This document shows positions 29,964 through 42,122 of a stretch of DNA of 64,000 nt, in pieces. Origin of the DNA: Candidatus Woesebacteria bacterium RIFCSPHIGHO2_02_FULL_42_20 (GTDB taxonomy: Bacteria > Patescibacteriota > Microgenomatia > UBA8517); the NCBI GenBank assembly GCA_001792535.1, contig MGGS01000018.1, positions 3,432-67,431 of the forward strand, given 5' to 3'. Position 1 is the first letter of the stretch. Every line of letters starts with the position of its first letter. Below the pieces are notes generated by a model. It saw nothing but the letters and a program-made list of their open reading frames with translations. It was not told the origin of the DNA and ran no database searches. The position numbers and the translations under genes were made by a program.

Positions 29964-30955
29964 AAAAAATAAACTTTAAATTAATTTCGACTCTGGTCGG
30001 TGTTGTCATTGTCGCTGCCTTAGCCGGCTACGCCGCTCGGGAGCAGCCGACAACGACGCGCGCTTTCGGCAATTTAGTCGTCACTTTTGAAAGTGACCCA
30101 TTATTTGACTTTGATGACTTTAAGCCCGGCGACTGCACCCAGAAAAGCATTACCGTTACAAATAACCGTGATGAAGAGGTAAGGGTAGCGACAAAGTCTG
30201 CGAATGAGGCGAGTGTTGGAGACTTTGATTTGGCTACACAACTTGATTTCGTAATCAGCGAAAACGGCGTGGCACTTTACGGCGACGCAAGCTCCACGGG
30301 GCCAAAGACTTTAGAGGATTTTTACACAGACAGCGACATTATTGACGGCATAATGCTGACGGATGTCGCAGGCGGCGGAGCCCAAACTGTTTACAAAATA
30401 AGAATTTGCTTTGATATAAATTCCGGCAATGATTATCAGGAAACCAAGACCGTTTTTGATTTAGTTTTTGGCGAAATTTTGGTCCCCGTTAAACTTCCCC
30501 CGGAGTGCCGCCACCTGGAAGGCATTGTCACCGAAAAGATAGAAGGAACAGAAGGTAATGACAACATTCACGGAACAATCGCAAGCGAACTCATAACAGG
30601 TCTGGGGGGTAATGACCGTATTGATCCTTCCAGTGGCCACGACTGCATAGTAGCAGGAGAGGGAAACGACCACGTGGACAGCTCTACAGGCAACGAAGTA
30701 ATACTTGGCGGCGCGGGGAACGACAAGCTTCAAGGAGGAACAGGCAACGACATAATTTATGGCGGAGAAGGAAATGACAATATCGATTTGGGCAGCGGAT
30801 CTGACACGGCATATGGTGAAGCCGGCAATGACCATATTACGGGTGGAAGCGGTGACGATTACCTAGACGGCGGAAGCGACACGGATTCGCTCTTCGGCGG
30901 TTCGGGAACAGATACCTGTGTTTCCGGCGAGAACCTAAACAGTTGTGAGATTTAA
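29960..30955 (+). CDS. secreted TasA-like domain protein with C-terminal RTX-type calcium-binding repeats
   Basis: ATGA start/stop overlap with the upstream gene; signal peptide; FDFDDFKPGDCTQKSITVTNNRDEEV; C-terminal GGxGNDxI nonapeptide repeats. Confidence 0.55.
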   Translation: MKKINFKLISTLVGVVIVAALAGYAAREQPTTTRAFGNLVVTFESDPLFDFDDFKPGDCTQKSITVTNNRDEEVRVATKSANEASVGDFDLATQLDFVISENGVALYGDASSTGPKTLEDFYTDSDIIDGIMLTDVAGGGAQTVYKIRICFDINSGNDYQETKTVFDLVFGEILVPVKLPPECRHLEGIVTEKIEGTEGNDNIHGTIASELITGLGGNDRIDPSSGHDCIVAGEGNDHVDSSTGNEVILGGAGNDKLQGGTGNDIIYGGEGNDNIDLGSGSDTAYGEAGNDHITGGSGDDYLDGGSDTDSLFGGSGTDTCVSGENLNSCEI

Positions 30956-30983
30956 ACTTAGATTGACAAAATCCATCCGTTTG

Positions 30984-31000
30984 TACTAACGTACTAGTAC
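30984..31000. promoter_or_regulatory. palindromic operator-like site (gtactaacgtactagtac) between a ttgaca -35 box (30963-30968) and the yerC-like start
   Basis: Shares the core aacgtactagtac with the 28-bp perfect palindrome downstream at 31584-31611. Confidence 0.4.
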
Positions 31001-31001
31001 A

Positions 31002-31478
31002 GTGATACGTAATCAAAAACAATACTTGGGACTTACTTTCGATCTGATTAATGCTTTCAGTCTGGTCAAAAATCCTCATGATACTGCACTACTTATGCAA
31101 AATTTACTTACAGAATCCGAGATTCGTAACCTTGCCCAAAGGCTGCGTATAGCCAAGTTAATACTGTCTGGAGAAAAGCATAGAGATATCGCAAATAAAA
31201 CCCAATGCAGTATAGCTACTGTCACAAAAGTTAGTATCTGGTTAAAAACCGCCGGAGAAGGACTGGATAAAATTATTGACAAACTTCCCGAAAAATACGG
31301 GTATCCAAAAGATCTTCCGAAAGTTCCGCTTGAATTTCAGTTGCCAAAATTGATCGCTGCCGGTTTTCAATATAGCGCGGCGAAGTTACAAGAAAAGCCC
31401 TCCAAGAAACTATATGAAAATATGCAGACTAAAAGAATCATTGACAAAAATTTAAAAGAATCCTATAAACTCCACTAA
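31002..31478 (+). CDS. TrpR-like DNA-binding protein, YerC/YecD family
   Basis: TESEIRNLAQRLRIAKLILSGEKHRDIANKTQCSIATVTKVS aligns with the YerC HTH region; GTG start. Confidence 0.55.
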   Translation: MIRNQKQYLGLTFDLINAFSLVKNPHDTALLMQNLLTESEIRNLAQRLRIAKLILSGEKHRDIANKTQCSIATVTKVSIWLKTAGEGLDKIIDKLPEKYGYPKDLPKVPLEFQLPKLIAAGFQYSAAKLQEKPSKKLYENMQTKRIIDKNLKESYKLH

Positions 31479-31583
31479 CTTGAGTTTGCAACTCTTCGTT
31501 AGTGATTTTGATCCCCCAAAATGTCATTTTTGATGCAAACTAAAGTAGTTTAGGTATAAAATCAGCTTCAGAAAATAATTTCT

Positions 31584-31611
31584 TGTATTAACGTACTAGT
31601 ACGTTAATACA
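31584..31611. promoter_or_regulatory. 28-bp perfect palindrome tgtattaacgtactagtacgttaataca
   Basis: Perfect dyad with no flanking U-run; lies between convergent gene ends. Confidence 0.4.
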
Positions 31612-31669
31612 GGTATTTGAAGACTTATCTGATTACCGCCGTCATATTGTACGGGCAGTTATTGACATA

Positions 31670-33094
31670 TTAATTGCCTCCCGGCGCACCAAAAGGCAGA
31701 TTCATATAGTCGTCCCATCCCCCGGAATTGGTAGTCCTGTCCATTAGACGTGCTCCACTACCGTCACGATCAACGGCAGCAACTGTCTGCCTTATCGAGT
31801 CCGGCCCGCAATCTGTTCTCATCCCCATTGTATCCGTACAAAACGAAGTCTCCCGGCCTGAATTTCTCCAGCTCCAATCCGGCTCATGAATAGTCCTCAC
31901 GTCCCCCGTCCAGAAAGCACTTAGGTCACCAAACGGCGCATTACACGGATTTGTACTTAGGAAACAGAACTCCCCAGAAGTGCTCACCAACTGCACAGAG
32001 TCAGGGCAACCTGCGCTTGCCGATCCGTCGCTAACACACAAAGACGCGTCACCGTGAATATGATTCATAGGATTGGTAACCGCAAATGTGGCCGCCCCCG
32101 AATTCCAAACACCGCCGACATTGACCTGAAAAGGCCAAAGTTCATAAGCAGCGTCCTGGTGATCCACTATTACCCTTGCAGGTTCACTCCCGCCGCGGCC
32201 TGTTCCCTTACTTATCACGTTTCCGGTATCCGCCAACGCATAAATATGGGTATCGGCCGACCAAAACTCGAAACTGTGCATCCTCAAAAACAACCTTCCG
32301 CGGCCGCTAGTTCCTTGGTGAACCGCAACAAAATACGTATCGTTTATACCCGGTCCATAATCAAGTTCGCTTTTGCCAAAACCGTTCAGATTGCCTGCAT
32401 AGTGCGTAAAGACTTTAAAACCGGAGTGTGCTTTTAATTCGTCAAACATACCCGCAACTTTGGCGGCGTAACCAAATGGAGGCAGCGGAGCAGTAGGAGA
32501 GAGTGAAACACTTGGTCCACCCGTAGCTCCCGGCGGTGCGTCGCCGTGTTCATGATTGAAAGCACATTTGGCCCCGCCGGGGTTGGTGGAGTCAATGGGT
32601 ACAACAATAGGGTGCCATGTGCGGTACTTAAGGCCATCCGGCCCGCTGACAAAAAACCTGTCGTGCTCGGTTGCGGTACAACCCTTTACAGATTGGCCGC
32701 GGTAAGGCCCATAACTTAGAGTGGCAGTCTTTGCCGGGTCGCCGATGACCAAAGCCGAAATTTCAGGAAAAGTATCACTATTGCTCGCAGAAGTCCCGCC
32801 TGCGGGCGCGGGTAAAGGAGTAGCAGTCGGGCTAGAAGTCGAAACTGGAGTGGCTGTTGCCCGGGGCGTTGGTGTTCCCGTACAGGTTACTTTTAGTTGC
32901 CTCCTGGCGCGACCATCAAGCCATTGGGCTCCGATTCTACCCGTAACACACGTTACTGTTCCAGACTCACCTGGACCCAGCGCAAAAAGCTTGGCAATAC
33001 TCTGAGCGCTGGTATTTAAAACTTTAGTTGAAAAGAGGTAGCTGATTAACCCTAAGACTAGCGAAGAAAAAAGAAGCGCTGAAAGGCGAAACAT
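31670..33094 (-). CDS. secreted hypothetical protein with Pro/Thr-rich linker
   Basis: Signal peptide MFRLSALLFSSLVLGLISYLF; TPTPRATATPVSTSSPTATPLPAP linker; large Gly/Trp-rich domain of unknown function. Confidence 0.4.
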   Translation of the reverse strand: MFRLSALLFSSLVLGLISYLFSTKVLNTSAQSIAKLFALGPGESGTVTCVTGRIGAQWLDGRARRQLKVTCTGTPTPRATATPVSTSSPTATPLPAPAGGTSASNSDTFPEISALVIGDPAKTATLSYGPYRGQSVKGCTATEHDRFFVSGPDGLKYRTWHPIVVPIDSTNPGGAKCAFNHEHGDAPPGATGGPSVSLSPTAPLPPFGYAAKVAGMFDELKAHSGFKVFTHYAGNLNGFGKSELDYGPGINDTYFVAVHQGTSGRGRLFLRMHSFEFWSADTHIYALADTGNVISKGTGRGGSEPARVIVDHQDAAYELWPFQVNVGGVWNSGAATFAVTNPMNHIHGDASLCVSDGSASAGCPDSVQLVSTSGEFCFLSTNPCNAPFGDLSAFWTGDVRTIHEPDWSWRNSGRETSFCTDTMGMRTDCGPDSIRQTVAAVDRDGSGARLMDRTTNSGGWDDYMNLPFGAPGGN

Positions 33095-33140
33095 AAAAAG
33101 GATGTTACCTAAAACACTCTCGCTTGGCAACAGGCAAATC

Positions 33141-33602
33141 CTAATTTTCAACTACCAATGTCCCTGTCATTGAAGGATGCGGTGTGCAGTGGTAAGCGTA
33201 TTCGCTCTCGGCACTTGGTGCCGTAAATATGACCGACTCGCCTTTGTTTAGCAGTTTGGTGCCAAACGAACTGCCATCATTTGCCGTCATTGTGTGCGCC
33301 GCCGTGTCCCGATTAACTACAGTCACTTTTGCCCCGGGTTTAACCTTAAAAGTTTTGGGCGAAAACGCAAAGTTTTTTATTTCAATTGTAATTTCATCAA
33401 CAGCCCCCTGTGAACTTAGATCACTTTCTTTCAGAGTTTCTGTGTTATCTATTGCTATTTTATCTTCTTCCAAACGAGGACCTTCATTAAAGGGAAAATT
33501 TACCGGTGTAGGTACCGGAGTCACATTACCGCCCCGGACTACGACAAACCCAATTACTACTACAATGACTACCACAACACTCAGCAAAAAACCTTTATTC
33601 AT
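33141..33602 (-). CDS. cupredoxin (plastocyanin/amicyanin-like blue copper protein), membrane-anchored
   Basis: N-terminal TM; type-1 copper ligand pattern AAHTM ... YHCTPHPSMTG (His, Cys-x-x-His-x-x-Met). Confidence 0.7.
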   Translation of the reverse strand: MNKGFLLSVVVVIVVVIGFVVVRGGNVTPVPTPVNFPFNEGPRLEEDKIAIDNTETLKESDLSSQGAVDEITIEIKNFAFSPKTFKVKPGAKVTVVNRDTAAHTMTANDGSSFGTKLLNKGESVIFTAPSAESEYAYHCTPHPSMTGTLVVEN

Positions 33603-33652
33603 AGGCCAAATTAAATCTACGCTTTTTTGTTTAAAAAAGCAATTGAGACTGC

Positions 33653-34117
33653 TTACTTTTTCAACCCTTGTTCCGTGTATTTTTGAAGGAATTTTCTATA
33701 GAGGTCGTTTGTGGTCACAATGCCCACCAGTTTGCCACCTTCACCCACCACGGGGAGCCTTCTCACATTGTGGATCAGTAACATCGAGCAAGCTTTTAGC
33801 ACGTGATCTTCGGGGGCAACGGTATAAACCTTCTTTGTCATCAGCTGACTTGCACTTAGTCTGTTTATTTTTTTTGCTTCCGTTTCTATTACATCCAAAC
33901 TCAGGTAATAATCAATGTCGCGATAAAATTCTTTAATCGAAGGGAAAAGGTGGATAAGTAAGTCTTTCTCGGAAATCACGCCGACCAGCCGCTTTTTTGA
34001 ATTTACCACAGGGACGCCGGATATTTTGTTTTTGATAAGAACTCGGAGGACTTTACGGAAACCGTCTTTACTGTTAACGGTATAGATCCGCTTGACCATC
34101 ACCTCTTTGACCAGCAT
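33653..34117 (-). CDS. CBS-domain pair protein
   Basis: Two CBS motifs (GVPVV...; RRLPVV...GIVT). Confidence 0.8.
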   Translation of the reverse strand: MLVKEVMVKRIYTVNSKDGFRKVLRVLIKNKISGVPVVNSKKRLVGVISEKDLLIHLFPSIKEFYRDIDYYLSLDVIETEAKKINRLSASQLMTKKVYTVAPEDHVLKACSMLLIHNVRRLPVVGEGGKLVGIVTTNDLYRKFLQKYTEQGLKK

Positions 34118-34153
34118 CCTATAAACCTATTGTAACACAGGAAGTAAAGCAGC

Positions 34154-35940
<1,787 letters not shown>

Positions 35941-36789
35941 TTAACTCATTACCTCCATTGCCCGCGTAACGTCGGCGATTTCGTCCGTTATTGCCTGCTG
36001 CCTAACTTCGTTATAGACAAGCGTGAGTGCCTGTGAAAGATTCTGGGCGTTCTCAGACGCGCTTTTCATTGCCAACATCCGGGCCGAATGCTCGGATGCC
36101 TCGGATTCCAGAAACGCTTCCCTAAGCTGCACTTCCAAATAAAAGGGTAACATTGTCTCTAAAACCTGCTTGGCTCCAGGCTCAAAGAGGTAGACCAACG
36201 ACCCGGCATATTGGCTTGCCACATTATCGCGGGATACGGGCAGAAGTTTTTTTAGAGTTGGTTTTTGCATCAAGGCATTTATAAAGTCGGAATAGATAAC
36301 ATAGACTTCGCAAACAGTGTCTTTCCGGAATTCATCCAAGACCAGTGAAATAACTGCAGAGAGGCAAGCTTCTTTAGTCAAATCCGAAAAATCAGCCAAG
36401 AGCTGGCCGTTAAGTATAGCGAAGGATCGGGACTTTTTGCCAACCGTGATAAACAGTCTCTCCTCTTTGGCCGTATCATTCGTATCCGCCAAAACCTTCC
36501 TGAAAAGGTTGGTATTCAAGCTTCCGCAAAGGCCCCTATTCGTCGATACCAAAACATAGAGCTTCTTTTTACCTTTGCCTCTTTCAAAAAGATCAATTTT
36601 TTCCCCCTCGGCTTTTCCTGACAATTGACTGACCAATTCGTAAACTTTCATCGCGTAGGGCTTGCCCGCTTTAGCCTTGCTTTGGGAAGAGCGGACTTTA
36701 GACGCAGAAACCATTTCCAAAGCCTTGGTAATTTTTCTGATATTTTTAACCGACTGTATTCTTTTTCTTATTAACCTTGGGTTTTCCAT
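35941..36789 (-). CDS. atpG: F-type ATP synthase gamma subunit
   Basis: Operon position; gamma-like N-terminal [21 protein letters not shown] and C-terminal helices. Confidence 0.85.
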   Translation of the reverse strand: MENPRLIRKRIQSVKNIRKITKALEMVSASKVRSSQSKAKAGKPYAMKVYELVSQLSGKAEGEKIDLFERGKGKKKLYVLVSTNRGLCGSLNTNLFRKVLADTNDTAKEERLFITVGKKSRSFAILNGQLLADFSDLTKEACLSAVISLVLDEFRKDTVCEVYVIYSDFINALMQKPTLKKLLPVSRDNVASQYAGSLVYLFEPGAKQVLETMLPFYLEVQLREAFLESEASEHSARMLAMKSASENAQNLSQALTLVYNEVRQQAITDEIADVTRAMEVMS

Positions 36790-38225
36790 ATTTTTTCTTT
36801 AAATTCGGCAATTGCCTCATCCAAATCTTTTTTAGTTCCGTCGCTAAACTCCCCGGAGTCGGCAATGTCACGCACTATCTTGGATTTCCTGTCGGTAATA
36901 AACTGCATGAACGACTCTTGAAACACAATGATTTTATCTATAGCGATGTCGTCCAAACTGCCGCTTGTGACCGTGTACAAAATGACAACCTGGTGTTCCA
37001 CCGGGATCGGCGCATATTGAGGCTGTTTTAAAATTTCAATTATTCTTTTCCCCCGCTCTATCTTTTCCCGGGTGGAAGGGTCCAGGTCCGACGAGAATTG
37101 CGCAAACGTGGCAAGTTCATAATATTGAGAAAGGTCAAGCCTAAGTTTACCGGCAACTTTCTTCATGGCTGATCTTTGAGCAGCCCCGCCGACCCTGGAC
37201 ACGGAAAGGCCCACATTCAAAGCCGGCCGTACACCCGCAAAGAAAAGGTCATTTTCAAGGTAAATCTGCCCGTCCGTTATCGAAATTACATTTGTGGGAA
37301 TAAATGCAGACACATCTCCGGATTGTGTTTCGATAATTGGAAGCGCCGTCAAAGAGCCGCCGCCCAAAGCCTTTGAAAGTTTGCAAGACCGCTCAAGTAA
37401 GCGGCTGTGAAGGTAAAAAACGTCTCCCGGATATGCCTCACGGCCTGTGGGGCGCCGGAGCAGCAACGACAACTCACGATAAGCCCAAGCGTGCTTTGTC
37501 AAATCGTCATACACCACAAGAACATCATTGCCTTTTTCCATGAAAAATTCCCCCATTGCAGTACCCACATAAGGAGCCAGATAGCGTAGTGAAGCGGGGT
37601 CTGAAGCCGAAGCCAAAACAACAATCGTATTTTTGAGGACTCCAAATTCGTCTAACTTTTCAATGACCGACGCGACTTTTGACCGCTTCTGACCAATTGC
37701 TACATACAGGCAAATTACCCCCGTGGCCTTCTGATTGATTATTGTGTCAATGGCAATTGCAGTTTTACCCACTCCCCGGTCACCAATAATCAGCTCCCTT
37801 TGCCCCCGGCCAATTGGAATCATTGCATCAACGGCTTTTATGCCTGTCTGCAGTGGTGTCGAAACTTTTGACCTGTCCACTATCCCGGCAGCAACCCTTT
37901 CAACAGCCATATATTTTTCAGGTTTGATATCAGCCTTGCCGTCCAACGGGTTGCCGAGAGCGTCGACCACCCTCCCAAGGAAATCTTTACCCGAAGGCAC
38001 AGCATAAAGCTTTCCGGTAGTTGTAACTTTGTCGCCAACATTCAAGGTCGCCCAGTCTCCCAAGATGACAGCCCCTACCCTGCTTTCCTCCAGGTGCATC
38101 GCTAGCCCCACCAGCCCGTTTTCAAACTTCAAAACCTCGCCGTACATGGCGGTTTCGAGCCCGTCCAAAAACGCCACTCCGTCTTTTAGAGAAATTATTT
38201 TCCCTTCGCTTTTTATTTCGACCAT
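36771..38225 (-). CDS. atpA: F-type ATP synthase alpha subunit
   Basis: [22 protein letters not shown]-loop. Confidence 0.95.
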   Translation of the reverse strand: MVEIKSEGKIISLKDGVAFLDGLETAMYGEVLKFENGLVGLAMHLEESRVGAVILGDWATLNVGDKVTTTGKLYAVPSGKDFLGRVVDALGNPLDGKADIKPEKYMAVERVAAGIVDRSKVSTPLQTGIKAVDAMIPIGRGQRELIIGDRGVGKTAIAIDTIINQKATGVICLYVAIGQKRSKVASVIEKLDEFGVLKNTIVVLASASDPASLRYLAPYVGTAMGEFFMEKGNDVLVVYDDLTKHAWAYRELSLLLRRPTGREAYPGDVFYLHSRLLERSCKLSKALGGGSLTALPIIETQSGDVSAFIPTNVISITDGQIYLENDLFFAGVRPALNVGLSVSRVGGAAQRSAMKKVAGKLRLDLSQYYELATFAQFSSDLDPSTREKIERGKRIIEILKQPQYAPIPVEHQVVILYTVTSGSLDDIAIDKIIVFQESFMQFITDRKSKIVRDIADSGEFSDGTKKDLDEAIAEFKEKIWKTQG

Positions 38226-38452
38226 ATTTCCTTTTCTATTTTGCCCGACAAGCTCAAGTCCAAGACTATAGAGCCGACTTTGGCCTTAAAACCTCCCAGT
38301 ATCGCCGAGTCCGTCTCCTGGACAAAGGAGGCCTTGCCGGAAACTAAAGACTTGCTTACAAGAAAATCTCCTATTTTTTTTGCCAAAGCACCAAAGTCCC
38401 CATCCCTTAATTTAAGGGGAGTAACTACTATAACCTTTGTTATTTTGTCCAT
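38213..38452 (-). CDS. atpH: F-type ATP synthase delta (OSCP) subunit, C-terminal domain only (79 aa)
   Basis: [29 protein letters not shown] aligns with the delta C-terminus; no room for the N-terminal domain between atpF and atpA. Confidence 0.5.
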   Translation of the reverse strand: MDKITKVIVVTPLKLRDGDFGALAKKIGDFLVSKSLVSGKASFVQETDSAILGGFKAKVGSIVLDLSLSGKIEKEIWSK

Positions 38453-38453
38453 C

Positions 38454-38942
38454 TTAAGATTTAAGCTCTTTTGCCACCAAGGCTATACTTTTAAGTCGTG
38501 TTTTATCGTCCAATACGCGAGCGAGCACGTGATTAATAACTTCTTGGCTAAGTTTTTTCGAACTTTCTTTGACTTTCCGTTCCACTAATTTTGCCTGACG
38601 GTCTAACTCTCCTTGGCCTTTGGCAATTAGTGCTCTTGCCTTTTTATTACCCTCCTCGGTGGCTTCGTTTTTAATTTTTTGAGCCTCAAGTCTGGCGGCA
38701 TTTACTATGTTATTTGCGTCAGACCTTGCGGCTTTGAGTACTTTCTCTTTTGTGCTTTCAAACACTTCCTGTTTACGGGCCAATTCACCCATTGCGGTTT
38801 CGACACCGGCAAGTTTTTCCTCACGGGACTTCATGGCCTTCAATATGGGCTTGTAGAGAACTTTTTTAAGAATGACAAACAAAATAATAAAGTTAATTAT
38901 CTGCACTCCAAGCAAAAAAGGATCAATACCTAATTTTTCCAT
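38454..38942 (-). CDS. atpF: F-type ATP synthase subunit b
   Basis: Single N-terminal TM then a long charged coiled coil; operon position. Confidence 0.75.
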   Translation of the reverse strand: MEKLGIDPFLLGVQIINFIILFVILKKVLYKPILKAMKSREEKLAGVETAMGELARKQEVFESTKEKVLKAARSDANNIVNAARLEAQKIKNEATEEGNKKARALIAKGQGELDRQAKLVERKVKESSKKLSQEVINHVLARVLDDKTRLKSIALVAKELKS

Positions 38943-38953
38943 AGTAGTTTAAA

Positions 38954-39916
<963 letters not shown>

Positions 39917-39920
<4 letters not shown>

Positions 39921-40159
39921 TTTTTGGTTAATACTTTGCCTGCAATTTTAATAGCCCTTATGAAACCTACCACCACACCAAGTACTATACCGACGAGGGT
40001 GAAAGCGGGGCCTGTATCAAGTTTGCTATCCAAAATGACGCCTGACAAGAGAAATATTATAGGGAAAAACACAAGAGACACGCTAATGGACGAGGCTTCG
40101 TTAAGCAATTTGAAAGTGTTTTTAAAATCAGCTTTGTTTTTTTGCATATCCTCGTACAA
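39917..40159 (-). CDS. AtpZ/AtpI-like small membrane protein
   Basis: 80 aa with two TM helices; first gene of the atp operon, 4-nt overlap with atpB. Confidence 0.4.
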
Positions 40160-40227
40160 AAAAAATCGGCAATCTATGCCGATTGCAACTAATTGTAGCC
40201 TCGAGGCTCTTTCAAGTCAACACGAAT

Positions 40228-40620
40228 TTAAACAACTTTTTCAAATTTTCCATCTAAATGCAGATAATATAAATATACCGAAAGATCGGGATACTTTGCT
40301 AATACAACTGACCTTGCTTTAACTAAATCCTGACTGTGCCTTTGGGGCGTACTCTCCTTGCCGTATGCTCCACAATCCTCATGGTGAATTAAATAAGCTT
40401 CCTTAATCTGATGCAGCCTGACCGAGACAGCTATCTGTTTTAAAACAGTCGCCAAATCTTTTGTCGCGCCGGCAAAGCCGACTAAATCAAAAGTCTTTCC
40501 GACAAGTCTCTCGTTGGTAAACTCGCGGATAAATTTTTGAAATCGAAAGTCAATACAACAAACAACCAAGGCGTCACACGTATGAATCATATTCACAATT
40601 ATATTCCAAAACTCTAACAA
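40228..40620 (-). CDS. beta-carbonic-anhydrase-like miniprotein
   Basis: CCIDFRF (CxDxR) and HHEDCGAY (HxxCG) zinc-ligand motifs with correct spacing, but only 130 aa. Confidence 0.35.
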   Translation of the reverse strand: MLEFWNIIVNMIHTCDALVVCCIDFRFQKFIREFTNERLVGKTFDLVGFAGATKDLATVLKQIAVSVRLHQIKEAYLIHHEDCGAYGKESTPQRHSQDLVKARSVVLAKYPDLSVYLYYLHLDGKFEKVV

Positions 40621-40744
40621 AATCCTGACTAAAGGCGGGTATACAAAGGCCTCGTGGCCCAGTTGCTTTTAATAATTTCCGGATCGTCCAAACCAAGGTG
40701 TAAGGACACACCCAGGCCGGATGAATTCACAACTTTCTGATATC

Positions 40745-42076
40745 TTACAGCTTGATATACCGAGCCCCCGTGAGTGAAGTCGCGTGTCCTGGACCAAATC
40801 TCTCTGAACTAACGAACAATCTCATTCGTATATCATCCGGGTTCTTTTGCATTTTAGTTACAATTTGATTTAAGAGACCGTCATCGCCCTGCCTATATGT
40901 AGCCAACAAAGCTTCTAATCCAGTTAAACCTTTTAAAAAAGACAGATTTGAAAAACTAACCAATGGTCTTCTCTTGGACCAGATACTAAACAATCCGTCT
41001 TCATTACCTCTAATCGATTTTCGAAGTAATCCCAGACCAGATTTAATACCTATAGATAAATGGGGGTCAGAAACTAAAGTACCATCCAAACTTTCAAGCC
41101 CCAAAAACCCGACTGTCGTGGGAGAACCGGTAACAACTCTCTGTCTCCATAAATAGTCTGCCTCCCCAGTCTTGAGGCTTGAAACAAGATTTGCCAATCT
41201 AAAACACCTTGGGAAAACACGAGCAGTCGTCAAATCCGAAGCCAGTCCAAGTACATTCCCAAACCCATTCCTACCAACCTGATCAAAATCTAGTAAATCC
41301 TCGGGCGTGAACTCGGCGTGTCTTGATTCGAGAGCCAAAAATGAACTCATTACATCGGAAATTTTATCCGGGTGACTAAGTAACCAAGCAGCTTTAGTCC
41401 CGAGGACAACAGTTAAAGCCTTTGGATCCTGACTTATCAAGTCTTCTATCAAGCCATCGTGCCCAATCATAAGTGCAAATTCGAGAACAAAATTTCTGAA
41501 GACCAATGTCTCGGCAGTCTCCCTATCAATACAAAGAGATGTGTAAAGATTTTCTTGGCCAGCAACAAAGCCCTCAACTGCTTTCATAACCAAGTCCAAA
41601 CCACTCTCACCTCTATCTGCATTCAGGCGATCTCGGATTTGTTGACCAATTGACAGATCGGCCAGTCCCTGTAAAACAATTCTTGGCGAGAGAGTATGCT
41701 GATTTCTGGCCGGATAAATGCCGCCTGCGACAAAGTCCACAACTGCAGCTGCTTGACTAAACCAAGCCATCTCCGGATGAGCTTTAATTACAAGATCTAA
41801 ACCCGGCTCGGCGCTAAACATGGGTTCTGGTTTATCATTACCAAAACCCACCATATATACCCCATCCACAATCTCAATTTCGGGAATCGCCTTTTTGCCA
41901 ACACCCAAATATGCCAGACGCCTAAATTGGCTTGATGGTAAAACCAGACCCGATCCAGCCGAAGATACACCTATAGAATGCAAATACTCCTCATCAGGGA
42001 TAATAGCATTATAGGCCGCAATATCGCCATTAACATGATCAACTATTCTTCTTGTTTCTAGTTCATTAATAGCCAT
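40745..42076 (-). CDS. conserved hypothetical cytoplasmic protein (about 443 aa), no recognised motifs
   Basis: Long clean ORF; start set at MAINELE because the upstream extension overlaps the divergent regulator gene. Confidence 0.4.
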   Translation of the reverse strand: MAINELETRRIVDHVNGDIAAYNAIIPDEEYLHSIGVSSAGSGLVLPSSQFRRLAYLGVGKKAIPEIEIVDGVYMVGFGNDKPEPMFSAEPGLDLVIKAHPEMAWFSQAAAVVDFVAGGIYPARNQHTLSPRIVLQGLADLSIGQQIRDRLNADRGESGLDLVMKAVEGFVAGQENLYTSLCIDRETAETLVFRNFVLEFALMIGHDGLIEDLISQDPKALTVVLGTKAAWLLSHPDKISDVMSSFLALESRHAEFTPEDLLDFDQVGRNGFGNVLGLASDLTTARVFPRCFRLANLVSSLKTGEADYLWRQRVVTGSPTTVGFLGLESLDGTLVSDPHLSIGIKSGLGLLRKSIRGNEDGLFSIWSKRRPLVSFSNLSFLKGLTGLEALLATYRQGDDGLLNQIVTKMQKNPDDIRMRLFVSSERFGPGHATSLTGARYIKL

Positions 42077-42122
42077 GAATAATACCGATAGTGTATAATA
42101 AAGATATCTAAAAATAAAGTTC

